Below are positions 1-12,790 of a stretch of 64,000 bases of DNA, piece after piece. Position 1 is the stretch's first letter. The number at the start of each line of letters is the position of its first letter. The DNA is from Camelus dromedarius (lineage: Eukaryota): the NCBI RefSeq assembly GCF_036321535.1, contig NC_087437.1, positions 4,216,001 through 4,280,000 of the forward strand. Direction: 5' to 3'. Below the pieces are notes generated by a model. The model was not told the origin of the DNA, searched no databases, and saw only the letters and a program-made list of their open reading frames with translations. A program made the position numbers and the translations under genes.

Positions 1-67
1 CTAGGGATTGAACCCAGGACCTCATGCATGCCAAGCACGCGCTCTATCACTGAGCTCTGCCTTCCCC
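1..67 (-). mobile_element. tRNA-Ala-derived SINE (vic-1-like), cut by window edge
   Basis: Reverse complement of the AGCTCAG..TAGAG..GCATGCATGAGGTCCTGGGTTCAATCCC core. Confidence 0.85.
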
Positions 68-890
68 TCGCCTAAAATTTTAAACTAGAAATTTTATTTG
101 TTAGGGAAAGAGAATTCCAACAGGAACCTTCCTGCTACAACACATGTTCCTAAAATATTTCAGGACAATCTGGCCTGGATGAAAACAGAAAATAGTAGCA
201 ATTGGAAAGCGCGTTCAGAACCTGATGTTAGACTGTTTTGCAGCCAAAGAACTGCCAAGGTCATGGACACGGACCTCCTCAGCTTGTTTGCGTGAGTGTG
301 ACTTGTGATGCAGACACGCTTGATTTCCATATGCACAGCCTAACATAATTGAACAGAAATTTCATTCTGTCATGCTTTTTCACGCAGTCTTATGCTAATA
401 GCGCACATGTCAGAAAGGTAATATTTTATGACATGATGTTATTTCTGTGCTTCTGCACCAAACAACACTGATTTCCTAGGAGGGAAATAATCAGAGGGTA
501 CTGACCTAAATAATGTGTCCCTTTACCCCTTCCTGTTGTTCCATAACCTGCAGAATATTGAGAAATATACGTATACATCCCCCTCACTCAGGAAAATAAA
601 TAGTTTTTAGTGAAAGGAGACCTTTGGCCATTGAATGATCAAAGACTCCATGAAAATATCTCAGAGAATACTTATGGTTTTACAATAATCACATTTCTCT
701 GGTTCTAAGAGGAGCATTGTTTTTCTAATCCTCTGAAATAAGACTATGTCTTCGCATCAGTTGCAGTTGGCAGGTGCTGTCCGGGAGGCGGGAGCAGTGA
801 CACTGCTGTCATCACCTGCGCAGGTGGGAATGCCCAACAGTCATCACCAACACACATGACTCAGGTGGAAATCAAAAGTAAGCTGGCCCT

Positions 891-990
891 AGGAGGGCTG
901 GGTGTAGCTCAGCGGTAGAGCGCATGCTTAGCATGCATGAGGTCCTGGGTTCAATCCCCAGTGCCTCCATTTAAAAAAAGAGAGAGAAGA
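891..990 (+). mobile_element. tRNA-Ala-derived SINE
   Basis: A box TAGCTCAGCGG, B box GGTTCAATCC, A-rich tail, degenerate TSD gtaagctggccct / gtaagctagctct. Confidence 0.9.
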
Positions 991-1663
991 AACGTAAGCT
1001 AGCTCTCGATAGTTGCAAAGCTTACTTAAGAGCCCAGCAAGACCAGCGTTGGCTTACTTTATAGGGTCTTTTTAACTTGCCACACCATCATCAGTCTTGA
1101 CAGCTTAAAGAACAACACTGCACTGAAAAAAGTGGGCATCGATGCCTCTGAGTCAAGAAGTAGCTCACAAGAGTCAAATTTTGAACAAGAAGAAGTCTTA
1201 GGAATGCCTTAATCAATCTGTTTCACGTATGCATGTGCAAGAGTGACATGGTCGTCTGTAAAAGAACTCTTTCCGTTACCATAAAATAAAAAGCTCTAAG
1301 AGGAAAGTTGATATCAACATTTACCCAGAAGCCCTTCTTTCTTCCTTTTTACATCATATAATGGCACATTATACAATGGAAGGCATTTAGGGTTAAAGAA
1401 ATAACATGACTTCCCCAAGGGAACGATGACTGGATTCTTCAACCGCACATGAGTCAGAGGAGAAAGGAAAATGGTTCTCCTCCTCCAATGAGGAGTCAAC
1501 TGTGAAGACGCTGTCACGCTGGTGATATTGGAGTTTCCCTGAATACGGGGGCAATGTGGGGCTTCTAGGGGGCTGGGAGTGGTTCCAGTGGAACCTAAGT
1601 CCAAGCCCGCCAGAGTCCCAGAAAGAACGGACTCAGCCCCAACTCCGCGGGAACCCCGCAGAG

Positions 1664-1865
1664 CAGGCTTTCTCAGCTCAGCGCTGTTGACACTTGGGGC
1701 TGGACCGTTCTTTCCACTGGAGGGGACGAGGGTGTCCTGTTTAACAGCGTCCCTGGTTTCTAGATACCAGTACTCTCCTCTCCCTCAGTTGTGACAACCA
1801 AAAATGCCTCCAGACATCCCCAAAAGGCATCTTGTGGGGGGACCATCCCCCACTGAGAACCACTG
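1664..1865 (-). mobile_element. MER20-like hAT DNA transposon
   Basis: Ends caggctttctca / tgagaaccactg; internal gttgtgacaaccaaaaatgcctccagacat resembles the MER20 consensus as recalled. Confidence 0.75.
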
Positions 1866-2670
1866 CTCTAGGAAGAGGGTCTCAAGCCATTTGTGGTGAA
1901 GGACAAGGTGTCACACTGATCCGTTTGCTTTACATCTTGTTCAACGAGACCAAATCCGCTCTTCACACACTTGTAAGATGTGGCCATGTCAGATTGCTTT
2001 AAACGTTTCTGGACGCTATTCTCAATTTCTGTACTTCTCTCTGCACTGACCATTTCGTGCACTAGAGCCCATCCCAGGGGTGACACGTTCTGGTGCACTG
2101 GCCTAGAACCTTACTACTCAAAGTGTGCTCTGTGGACCAGAAGCAACGACATCGCTGGGGAGCCTCTTAGCAACGCTGCATCTCAGCCTCCACCCCCCAC
2201 ACACTGGGTCAGAACCTGCGATTGAACAGGGGTCTTGTGTGATGTGTTTGCTCAGACTCTTTGGGAACGGCACAGGATGGTGTCACCACCCTCACCCCAG
2301 TCTCCAGGGTCCGCCAAGTTTGGAAATAAACCAGGTGTAGGAGGGGGAACTTGTATTTAAATGCTCCTCCTGGAGACCACTTACGAGCTTCTTTATGCTG
2401 AGTGAGTGTGGCTCGGGAGACCTCCAGTCACCTGTAATTCCTGGTGCTGAGACTTTAGCAAAGAAACTGTCTACCATGAAAAAGGTCCCATTGCATTATA
2501 ACCAAGTCGTAAACAGGGCAAAACCAGAACGTGTCCTATTCCTGTCCCTATCTCAACATCTCACCCGTGTATTTGGGTTAGCGCTAGATACAAAGATAGG
2601 TTGGGTTGTCAATATTATCAAGAAACACTAAATTATTAAAACGAAGCAGAAAAACCAAATAGCGACTTAC

Positions 2671-3324
2671 GTCGAACTGAGTACACAAATGGCTTTAAAA
2701 ACTTCACGATGTAATCCAGATTCGGTTTATGAACTCTCCCAAGTTGTATCAGATGGTGATCCAGTGGGTGGCTGGCTAGCTCCTCCATGTCCGCCCTATG
2801 GGTTGACCCCAGGGAAACCACAAATATGACATATCCCTGACACTTGGCCCGCAGAGCCGTCTTCTTTAAGAATTCCTTTCTCTCACGATTTTCTCCAGCA
2901 GAGATCACAAGGATGATCCTGTGTTTTCTCAGGTTGGGTGTTCTTGCGAAGAGATTCTCCACAGTCCACAGCAGGGCCTGGCCAATGGTAGCTTCTCCAT
3001 GTAGCTGCTGGAGGTTAGTCTGAATGTGTCTCTTCATTAGAACTTGACTGTCATACGTTGTAAACTCAAACTCGGTTTTTACCACATCCTTCTTTCTCCT
3101 ATCCCAAGGAGAATAGGTCAACAAAGCAACTCTATCACCAGAGTCTGAGATGACAGGGTCTGAGGCAATGATGAAGTTGTCAAGCATCGAGCTCACCAAG
3201 GTTTTCACACCCTTAAACTCATCTCTTGCCATATTCTGAGAATTGTCTAAGAGGAAGGCTACATCCACGTATGAGTCTTCGGGCAAGAAAATCTCTCTGC
3301 TGCAAGCACTCGGAAAACATTTAT
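2671..3324 (-). CDS. COL6A5: C2 VWA domain exon (654 nt)
   Basis: gttttcag / gtaagt; DKCFPSACSREIFLPEDSYVDVAFLLDNS...YSVR; next exon not found in window. Confidence 0.95.
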
Positions 3325-3863
3325 CTGAAAACACACAGAGACTCATCACTGATTCAAGGTCAACACAAGACACTGTTGAGATCTTCAAGGAATAAGTGAC
3401 TGATGATAGAGAATTAATAACCTGATCAGTACCTCTTCCGCCTCACATCACTTAAATTAATAAGGAATTTTCAACACCCCCACAATTTCTGTGGCCACTG
3501 ACAGACAATCTGGGAATGTCTTTGTTGAAAGCAGACGTAGGTAGCATATGTACTTGAAGTCTACAAGTCATATCCAAACTCATTTCAAAAATATTTGTAA
3601 TATTTTAGAGGCTTTTGGTACAAACAACCCAATTGTCCCCAAGAAAACCCACATCAATTGGCAACATCATCTAAACCAACTTTCACATTCTATGGAAACT
3701 TCAGACATTGCAGAGATTGGAACCCTGACCTGCGGTATTGGAGGACTGGAAAACTTAAAATTGGATCTACAATCCAAAATGGACATTTCTGATAAAGCCA
3801 GATTTAATGGCTCACCCAGAAGGCATTTGTTTCGGCACAATAAATCCTCCTCATTAGTCTTAC

Positions 3864-3957
3864 CATAGCAAAGGGTACAGCGCCGCAGTCTCTCTAATGG
3901 TTCGTATTCCCCATCTGGAGGCACAGGGAGCACCTGGAAGGTCCCGGTGTCGTCAAA
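3864..3957 (-). CDS. COL6A5: C1 C-terminal exon (94 nt)
   Basis: FDDTGTFQVLPVPPDGEYEPLERLRRCTLCY(D); acgcag / gtaaga. Confidence 0.94.
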
Positions 3958-4263
3958 CTGCGTTGAAAAAGAAGTATGTGCTTATTTGACTGCTTTCTTT
4001 AATCACTATCAGGAGTCCATCATGCCCCACTTTGAGAGTTTGGAAAGCACGCAACTGACCACCATCACCTCGCATCACAGCCCCTCGCTCCACTCGGTGC
4101 ATCTTCACCAGCACACACACGCTATGTCCCTGTGAGCCTAAACACAAGCCCGGAGAAGTATACACATCAGGTATTAGCGTCCCAATTTTATGATGAGAAA
4201 ACTCCTGCAAGATAACCACAAGATTCACCCACAGGGTGAAGCAAGTATTAAAATCTCATTCCT

Positions 4264-4655
4264 GAGTAAGCGAGAAAGAGAAAGAAAAATACCATATGAT
4301 ATCACTCATATGTGGAATCTAAAAAAAGAAAAAAGAAGACACTGATGACCTCATCTACAAAACAGAAACAGACTCACAGACATAAAAAACAATCTTATGG
4401 TTACCGGGGAGAAAGAGGGTGGGAAGGGATAAATCGGGAGTTTGAGATTTGGAAATGCTAACTACTGTATATAAAATAGATAAACAAGGTCCTACTCTAT
4501 AGCACAGGGAACTCTATTCACTATCTTGTAGTGATCTATAATGGAAAAGAACATGAAAATGAACGTATGTATTTATACGTATGATTGAAACATTAAGCTG
4601 CACACCAGAAATTGACACCACATTGTAAACTGAGTGCACTTCGATAAAAAAAAAT
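4264..4655 (+). mobile_element. L1 3' end fragment
   Basis: ORF2 C-terminal remnant (KEKEKYHMISLICGI-like), 3'UTR and poly-A. Confidence 0.88.
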
Positions 4656-5420
4656 AAGTTAATGGTATACCTGGGGGAAAAAAATTATCATTCTTATTTC
4701 CAAGCCTGCAATTCTGCACTGAGTTTTTTCACACTCCTGCAAGTGCGTTGGCTTCTGAAGCTAGGTCCTGCCGAAATGTTCCATTCCAAGTTTCCTTCGG
4801 CCTCTTTAAGCAGTGATTCCAGTGATTTCCACCCCAATCACACCGCCCACGAGAAGGCGTCATCCGTCAGGTGCCAAGTGGGCATTCCCAACCACAGATT
4901 CCAACGGACAGTCTACTTCCAAAGGCAGAGGCAGGAGACAGAAGACACCAGGTCTGTTCAAAACTCTTGCCAGCACACTGCCCAGTTTTGTCTGTTTCTT
5001 GATGCCATTTTTGCTTTGATCCTCACTGAAATGGGCAACACACGGCATCCATTCAGTGACTCAAGAACTATTTATTGGGCATTTAGTCTGTAGGAGACAC
5101 TATGCAAAACAGACACTTTGATTACAGTGAAAGAAATCTATCGCTCCCACGTGCTGAGAGCATCCCTCAGTCCACAGAGAGGTTCATACTTCGCTACTCC
5201 TTCTTCGGGAAAGTAGAGGTTAGAAAAGCCATACCCTCTGTCTTTCTGTAAAGTGCCGAGTGAGCATTTGGAAACATTTATCATCATTCCAGCCTTAGAG
5301 TTAGGAAGTACCTACTACATTCCTGCTCTCTACCTTTTATTTTTAAGGAAAAAAGCCATTTATTTTTAAATATGGTACTATACCTGCATAAACAAAATAT
5401 TTAGTATAATCTTCACCAAC

Positions 5421-5606
5421 TTTTTTTTAACTGAAGTACAGTCAGTTACAATGTGTCCATCTCTGGTGTACAGCACAGTGTCCCAGTCATGCATATGCAT
5501 ACATATATTCATTTTCATATTCTTTTTCATTAAAGGTTATTACAAGATATTGAACATAGTTCCCTGTGCTACACAGAAGAAATTTTTTAAATCTGTTTTT
5601 GTGTAT
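5421..5606 (-). mobile_element. L1 3' end fragment
   Basis: Poly-T plus L1 3'UTR; TSD atcttcac(c/t)aac. Confidence 0.88.
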
Positions 5607-6754
5607 ATCTTCACTAACCTTCATTCCCTTTTATAAAATTTACATATAGCAAGACACCACGTAGTATTATTTTCTATCATATTCCCTTGAACTAAGTGAA
5701 CTTGACCATAATGCACGTGTACTAGCTAATAACACTTAACATATTCTGAGGAATTATCTTTAATGTAAATAAACTTTCTCCATATACTGAGATCTTTATA
5801 AAATGATGACTAAACAGTATAATTTTTCATTTCTTTTTTTCATATTCCATAACACTCAAATTTGATACCACTCACAGAATTAACCACTGTTTTAGTTTTT
5901 CTGCTGTGTATGAAACTGAATGCTTTGGGTGCTATTTGGTATTCGACCTGGTTGGTCCCCCAAGTAAAGATTCAGTGCTGCCTTGGTAAATCAAGGAAGT
6001 TCATTCACAGGAGTAAACCACACACTTCGTTTGTTCATTCATTCATTCATTCATTCAACAAACATTTACTGAATGCCTACAATGGTAAATAGGTACTGGG
6101 GATACAGGACTGAACAAAGCAGATAAAATCTCTATCTTACATTTGAGTCAGGGGACACACACCATAACATAATACATAAATAATCTATCCAGTATGAGGG
6201 GAGGTGATTATTTTTATAGAAAATACAGCGTCTTCCTTCTGTCCTTTCTGCCAGGATCGATTGTGACTCTCCCTGTGGCTCTTAGTTTCAAAAATCTGTG
6301 GATACGTTACAAGCAGGTTGGGTCTCTCCATGCTGTAGAGGGCTTATTTTTTTTTCAATAGAAACACGTGTATTTGTACAAAAAGTGACCTTCATAACCT
6401 CTTGGAGGACCTAATGGCTTTACCCAGCTCTAGGAGCATGTATTTCATGGATAATAGGAATATATTTCAAAATAGCAGGAACAGGAGATGGGAGAAGATT
6501 TTCAGTTTTGTAGGGAGAAAGGTGGGGGCATAGATCCCACGAGAATCTGTGAATCCAAGAGGGACAGAGCCTCTTGGGGAAAAGGTTCATACACATCAAG
6601 GTTTCACACAACATCAGGGATTCGAAGACCCCCTAAACGTCACTCACCACGTTAAGACCAGCGGTTGCATGGTATCCCCTGAGTGGACCACAGGTCTGAG
6701 AGCCACCAGACCTGCAGAGGGCTGGGAGGGCATGGGTTCACTACCCTTTCTATC

Positions 6755-6980
6755 AGACAGACCTGAGTTCGAATCTCAATTTTGCCACCGAGCAGTGGTA
6801 CCAAACTGGAGGAGTCACTCAAACTCTCCCGGCCTCGGTTTCCTGATTTTTAAATGGAGGTACCAAGTGCATTCACTTCCGAGGGCTGGGAGGCTATCTT
6901 GAGTGTGGATGTAAAGCTCTAGGGCCCGATCCTGGCGCACGGCGGGGAGGGAGCTGCTGGCATTGACTGACCACGTGTTT
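6755..6980 (+). mobile_element. MIR SINE (diverged)
   Basis: cagacagacctgagttcgaatctc...gcctcggtttcctgatttttaaatgg. Confidence 0.65.
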
Positions 6981-7104
6981 GTGTAGCTACTGGATTTCAC
7001 GGACACGGGCAACAAAACAGCTGTGAAAACTGCAAAGGTGGATACGAGGCCCCATCGCTCCCCCGACTCTCCCAGTATTCCCATCCTGCCAGCACCAATG
7101 TCTT

Positions 7105-7189
7105 CTTTTCAAATGGAAGTGCTGAGGATTGAACCCAGGACCTCGTGCATGCTAAGCACTCACTCTACCACTGAGCTACACCCTCCGCC
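7105..7189 (-). mobile_element. tRNA-Ala-derived SINE, about 50 nt from the C1 exon donor
   Basis: Same core sequence in reverse orientation. Confidence 0.88.
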
Positions 7190-7237
7190 TAGTGCCAATA
7201 TATTAAAATTAAAGTCAGTGCCAAGGAAAGTACTTAC

Positions 7238-7725
7238 CCCAAAAGCCTCATCAAGGAAATTCCTCTCATTATAAGCAATGACTGCCGGGCTGATCTCCAG
7301 GGCGCTGAACTCCATGGTGGCCGTGATGATGGATGACCTACTGGTGGCTTGTCCGTTGCTAAAAAACACAGCAACCCTCTGCACACTGGCTCCCGCGGAC
7401 GTCCGCTTGAAGACATTCCGGGCCACAAACCGCATTGCGTTCCCGATGTCTCGGACTTCTCTAGACTTTGAATATTTTATCTGGGAAAGAAGTTGAAGGA
7501 GGTGCTTCTTGTTACGGTAGTCAGACGGATGGATCAGATAGCTGGTGGCTGAGTCGTAGGAAAGCACAGCCACCCTTGCTCCCACGGGGCAGTTACTTTC
7601 CCGGATGTTGAGGTCACTGATGATGGAAGTGATGGTGTTCCTCGTTTCATTGAATCTCAGCTCTGTGATGTCAGAGGACTGGTCCAGGGCAAATACCAGA
7701 TCCATTGGGTACACGGGACACTTTT
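7238..7725 (-). CDS. COL6A5: C1 VWA domain exon (488 nt)
   Basis: ttctgtag / gtaagt; EKCPVYPMDLVFALDQS...EAFG; phase 1-0. Confidence 0.95.
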
Positions 7726-9753
7726 CTACAGAAATGAGAAGCAGAAGTCTTAGGTTGTTTTAATGCATCAAAAGCCTTTCCCATCCATCTTTTACTCCAG
7801 TGAGGTGAGTTTATGCTGAGGTCTGGGAAAAGGCATGTAATACCCAAAGGTCTAAGACCAGAGGTACCCACACGCAAAGGAAGAAAAGGACTCTGCTTCG
7901 TTAGCTGGAAGGTGTTACCTAAACACAGAGCAGTGTGTTTGGCTCTAAAATGCTCAGACTTCACCCCCCTCCCCATTATCAGTCTGCTATTTAAAAGGAC
8001 ACCAGAGGGGGCATGTGGGCTGATGGAACTGTCCTGCACCTTGACTGTGATGACTGTGGTGGTGGTTACAGGAATCTATACATGTGTGAAAAACCCAACG
8101 AAAGAGTGGACTTTACTGTATGTACATTTTTAAAAGGAGACGATGATTGATCAGAAAATCGGAAAGTTTATTCTCTTCAAAGAGTTTCAGAGATGATCTA
8201 CTACGAATGAGAGTCAGTTGAAAGAGATTCATCCACTCACACAGCAAATATTAAGTACCCACCCCGTGAGACGCAGGGGGACAGGTGCTGTGAGATACGT
8301 GCAAAGATAAACCGAAGGCAGGTCTGCCCTCAAGGGTCTTGTCCAGGGAGAATCATTATTTTGAAAGGCAGAGAGTGATTATTATTCTTAATGGGGATCA
8401 GAGGACAAAGAGGCTGTTTCCAGAGAGAGGGGATCCCAGAGGCTTCGTGAAAGCTAGCTTGGGGATGAAAGCAAGGGTGACAGGAGGAAGGGAGAGGCAT
8501 GGACCACGGCAGGGTTGCAACAAGCCATGATAATGGCAGGACTGTCTGTAATTCCCAACGCAATCCTGCTAGTCTCATGATGACTGCGCTTGGGGAGTTT
8601 CACTCTGTATCAAACATAACTTTTCAAAGACCTTGTTAAAGTCTGAACACAGGAAAAAGAAGTTCTCTGGGAAGTAAGCAACCCTCCCCACCGCCATCTA
8701 CGTAGGCTGTTCTCGCCCCAATCCGGCTAACTCCCAGAGAGCATTAAACTCAACACATCCCCTTATCCTCAACCATTGTTCTCAGTAATAGATGGAAGAG
8801 GAGGCAGTGATTTCGAGATGTGTTTTAAATCAAGACATTTGACTGCAAAGGAATTTTTAAAATGTGAACAAACTCTTATAAAGTGAGAACAATGAAATAG
8901 TCCCGATTTCTTAGCCCTATACTAAAAATTATTAATGAAGTGATAAATAAGCATCTTTGTAACTGACCTATTGTCAGAGATTCTCCCAGAAGGCAGCATC
9001 AATTTTTATTTATTTTTAACCTCTCCCTTTCCTAGTGCCCCAGCAGGGTACTTGATAAATTTAATTCAGATCCATGAAGTTTTATTGAGTGCTTAGATGT
9101 GTGATGGATTCTGGGGGGGGGGGGGCAGGGTGGAGGTGTTAAAGTGAATGGTGCCAAATTTTGGGATGAGCTCGAAGACCATGTGGGTCTCCATCAGCAG
9201 GTCTCCAAGAGACCGGAAGCTCTTGGACTTGGCCTGATCGGCTCCATCCAAGGGTCTAAGGCTGCACGGAACACTGACTGTGGTCCAGGTTCTGGGAAGA
9301 GCATCCTCCGTCCTCCAGGTCAGACTGACAAGTGTCGGGCACGTGGAGATGCAGGTGTGAAGGGAGGTCAGAGGGAGGAAAGGAAACATCACTCGTCCAA
9401 GAAGCGTGTCCCTGGGGTGAGCAGTGGATGGACAGCAGAAGTGGTCAGGCAGGAAGTCCTGACACCCAGCTGCCCAGCAAGGCAGCGAAGACCATGAGCT
9501 GTGAACGGTGGCAGGACCCAGAGAGAACAGTAGGGTGATGTGGCCAGCGGCGGGCAATCAGCATTTCATAGTCAGGTCAAAATGTGAATTAACCGTACAT
9601 ACAGTCATAACCCACAGATAGACAGGGGTGTCTGCAGAGAAGGGAGAAGCCCCTGTTCCCATAGGGCGTGAGGGCTGCTTCTCAGTCGGTTTTATCAGAA
9701 TGCAAGAAGCAGGCATCATTCAGCAAGAAACGAAATACAGTAAGATTACTCAC

Positions 9754-9765
9754 CTTTCCAACAAG
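9754..9765 (-). CDS. COL6A5: 12-nt microexon (P)CWK(E)
   Basis: Long pyrimidine tract ending aatag|CTTGTTGGAAAG|gtgagt; phase 1-1; restores HSPCWKEKCP. Confidence 0.9.
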
Positions 9766-11173
9766 CTATTAAAAAAAAGAAAGAGAAAGAGCCTGTTACA
9801 TTTTTGGAACCCAGACTAAAAATACTCCAAATTCCCCCGCCACAATTTCAACAAAGCTGAATATTCTGTTTGACTCTATGGCAAAGGAGGCTAGTTCCTC
9901 ATTATGGGGAGCCAAGGTTAAGGACGGAGGAAGACACAGGATTTTATTCATTTGTGAGCCTTTCTGACCTTTCCTCCCTGAGACGCCTGGCCAGCAGACG
10001 CTAGCAGAACTCTGGTTGAAATCTGAATCACTGATCACTTGTCCTAGGAGCAGACGAGATGAGCCTCTTATTAAACAGCAAGACAGCTAAAATGCAGTGT
10101 GCTTTGTCTCCCTCCTTCCAGCCTTTGGAGAGCCTTTCAGCAAGGCAGGGCTCAGACACAGGGTCTTATTTTCTTCCCCAGTGAACACCTCGGGAACCTC
10201 TTTTTTTTTTTTTTCTGCAGAACCCTGAGGATGTCCAAATGCACTTTGTCTCTTCTAAAAAAAGAGACAGCCCCTGTGTGTGAGTGAGCTCCGTATCCAA
10301 CAGGAGGGGAACCCCTAGGGCTTTCTCCCGAGCCAACCGGCATCTGGTTTCTCCCAGTGATTTACTCAGAGAGCTGGAGACGATTCAGGGAGGGGGAAAG
10401 TGGTAAATCTTCAGGAAAGCACAGGCCTGATGATTTCCATGTTCCTTTTACTCCATTCCTAGGAAGCCAATGAATCACTCTGATACACTCAGAAGATTTT
10501 CCTGGCACTGGCAACAAACTGGCCCCCGTCCAGCTGTTCCATGGCTCACCTCCCCCCTCACATCATGTTTCTGTTTGTCTTCACCCAGCAGCAGCTGACA
10601 CGCTAGCTTCCTGCTGAGAGAGCTCCCAGAACCCACAGCCTTATCTCAGTATGGCTAGAGCTCCTGTGGGACTGGAGAACTCACATGTTAGAGCAGGAAT
10701 ACGACCTCACAGGACCTCGGAGATGTCACCCCTCCAGTGAGGTGGCTGAATGAGCACTGAGACCTGTCGCCCCCACGCTAACATCAGGGCTGCACTCTGG
10801 AGTTCCACGCTCTCATCTGCACCCTGTTTGGTGACAGAGCCCAGCAGCTCTCCCCTGGGCCCCCTCATTTCCTGGCTAACCCCTTTCCTGCTGTGATGAA
10901 AAACCTCAAATTCCAGGTCCTCCAAGGCGGGTACCACCTCCCCAGCTCTCTCACCTCCTTGGATCATTTGATGTAGATCACACACTCCCTTCCACCAGGG
11001 GCTCTCCTTCTGTCCCTGCCTGTGGCCCCAGGCTGGTTTTCACCTCCTCCCTGTGCGGGAGGGTCTCTCACATGGGTCTGCCTCCCTGGGAGCATCTCTC
11101 CACTGGCTTCTTCCTGCTTCTTTCCCACACTTGGCAGGATTTCCTCATCTCTACTTTCCTGCCCCTCTGCCAC

Positions 11174-11795
11174 TTTTTTTTTTGAAATTGAAGTATAGTC
11201 AGTTACAATGTGTCCATTTCTGGTGTACAGCATCATGTTTCAGGCATCCATATACATACAGATATTTGTTTTCAGATTCTTTTTCATTATAGGTTACTAC
11301 AAGATATCGAATATAGTTCCCTGTGCTACACAGAAGAAACTTGCTGTTTATCTGTTTTACATATAGTAGTTAGTATCTGTTGATCCCAAACTCCTAGTTT
11401 ATCCAAACCTATCCTCCTTTCCCCTTTGGTAATCATAAGTTTGTTTACTATGTCTGTGAGTCTGTTTCTGTTTTGTAGATGAGTTCATTAGTGCCTTCTT
11501 TTTTCTTTTGCTTCCTTTTAGATTCCATAAATGAGTGATATCATATGGTATTTTTCTTTCTCTTTCTGGCTTACTTCACTTAGAATGACATTCTCCAGGG
11601 ACATCCATGTTGCTGCAAATGGCATTATTTTATTCTTTTTTAAGGCTGAGTAGTATTCCATTATATAAATATACCACATCTTCTTTATCCAGTCATCTGT
11701 TGATGGACATTCAGGTTGTTTCCATGTCTTGGCTGTTGTATATAGTGCTGCTGTGAACATTGGGGTGCATGTACCTTTTTGAATTTGAGTTTCCT
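11174..11795 (-). mobile_element. L1 3' end fragment
   Basis: ORF 11518-11760 (AKTWKQPECPSTDDWIKKMWYIYIMEYYSA) is the L1 ORF2p C-terminus. Confidence 0.92.
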
Positions 11796-12259
11796 TTGGC
11801 GACCTCAGCCTCCTCTGAGTCTCTTCCCCTGATCCTCCCCTTTATGGGAGCCCCGTTTCATCGGCTGCCTGGAGATCATGTGCCTCTAGGGCCCGCACAG
11901 CATTCCTTGGCCTCTACAACGTTTCAACTCATCGTCTCTTCCTGCCCACGGATTCCCTTTCACAACTCCTCTGCCTCCCCACCCACGGCAATACCAAACT
12001 TCTCCCGCTTTGGCCCTGCAGAGGTTCTAAACTTGCTATTGTCCTGTTCTTTCCTGGCCGCACATCTGCAATGACTACATTTCTATCCAGTCTACTTCAG
12101 TGAGTCTCTGTGATTTTCCCACTTTACATGCATCTGATGGTGACTGCATAAGTGTTATCATCACCCGCAATGGAGACAAGAAGGATCACCTAAAATTCTA
12201 CCACCTAAACACAACAGATTTTTACTTTTGTTCAATTTCTCTTCTAACGTTTCTGTCTA

Positions 12260-12323
12260 TGTGTGTGTGTGTGTGTGTGTGTGTATAGGTAAATATATAT
12301 ATATTTATATAGATATATATAGG

Positions 12324-12356
<33 letters not shown>
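12260..12356. repeat. Compound microsatellite (GT)12 - TA-rich - (AC)15
   Basis: Read directly. Confidence 0.95.
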
Positions 12357-12358
<2 letters not shown>

Positions 12359-12407
12359 CTATATGTAAAAGTAAGGATTTAATTTACTTTTTAATGACTA
12401 TTTTTCA

Positions 12408-12790
12408 GGGCAGGGGGGAGGGTATAGCTCAGCGGTAGAACACATGCTTAGCGTGCATGAGGTCCTGGGTTCAATCCCCAGTACCTCCATTTAAAAAAAT
12501 AAATAAACCAACACACATTACTATGCATAGAATAGATGAATGGCAAGGACCTACTATCTAGCACAGGGAATTACATTCAATTTCTCGTAATAACATGTAA
12601 TGGAAAAGAATCTGAAAAGAAAAAATATGTACGTATGTATATGTAGAACTGAATCACTTTGCTATGCACCTGAAACTAACACTGTAAATCAACTAGACTT
12701 CAATTAAAAATAAGTACATAAATAAAGGAATAAATAAATAAATAAACATAATTACCTACCCCCAAAAAATAAAAACAAAAAGAAAAAAAT
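12408..12790 (+). mobile_element. tRNA-Ala-derived SINE with nested L1 3' fragment (about 12509-12735)
   Basis: SINE head, then L1 3'UTR motif (tagcacagggaa...gaatcactttgctatgcacctgaaac), then SINE tail taattacctacccc; inner and outer TSDs. Confidence 0.85.

Noticed and set aside
891..970. tRNA-Ala(AGC) gene-like sequence
   Set aside because: It has an A-rich tail, a TSD and many diverged copies in the window, so it is a SINE rather than a tRNA gene.
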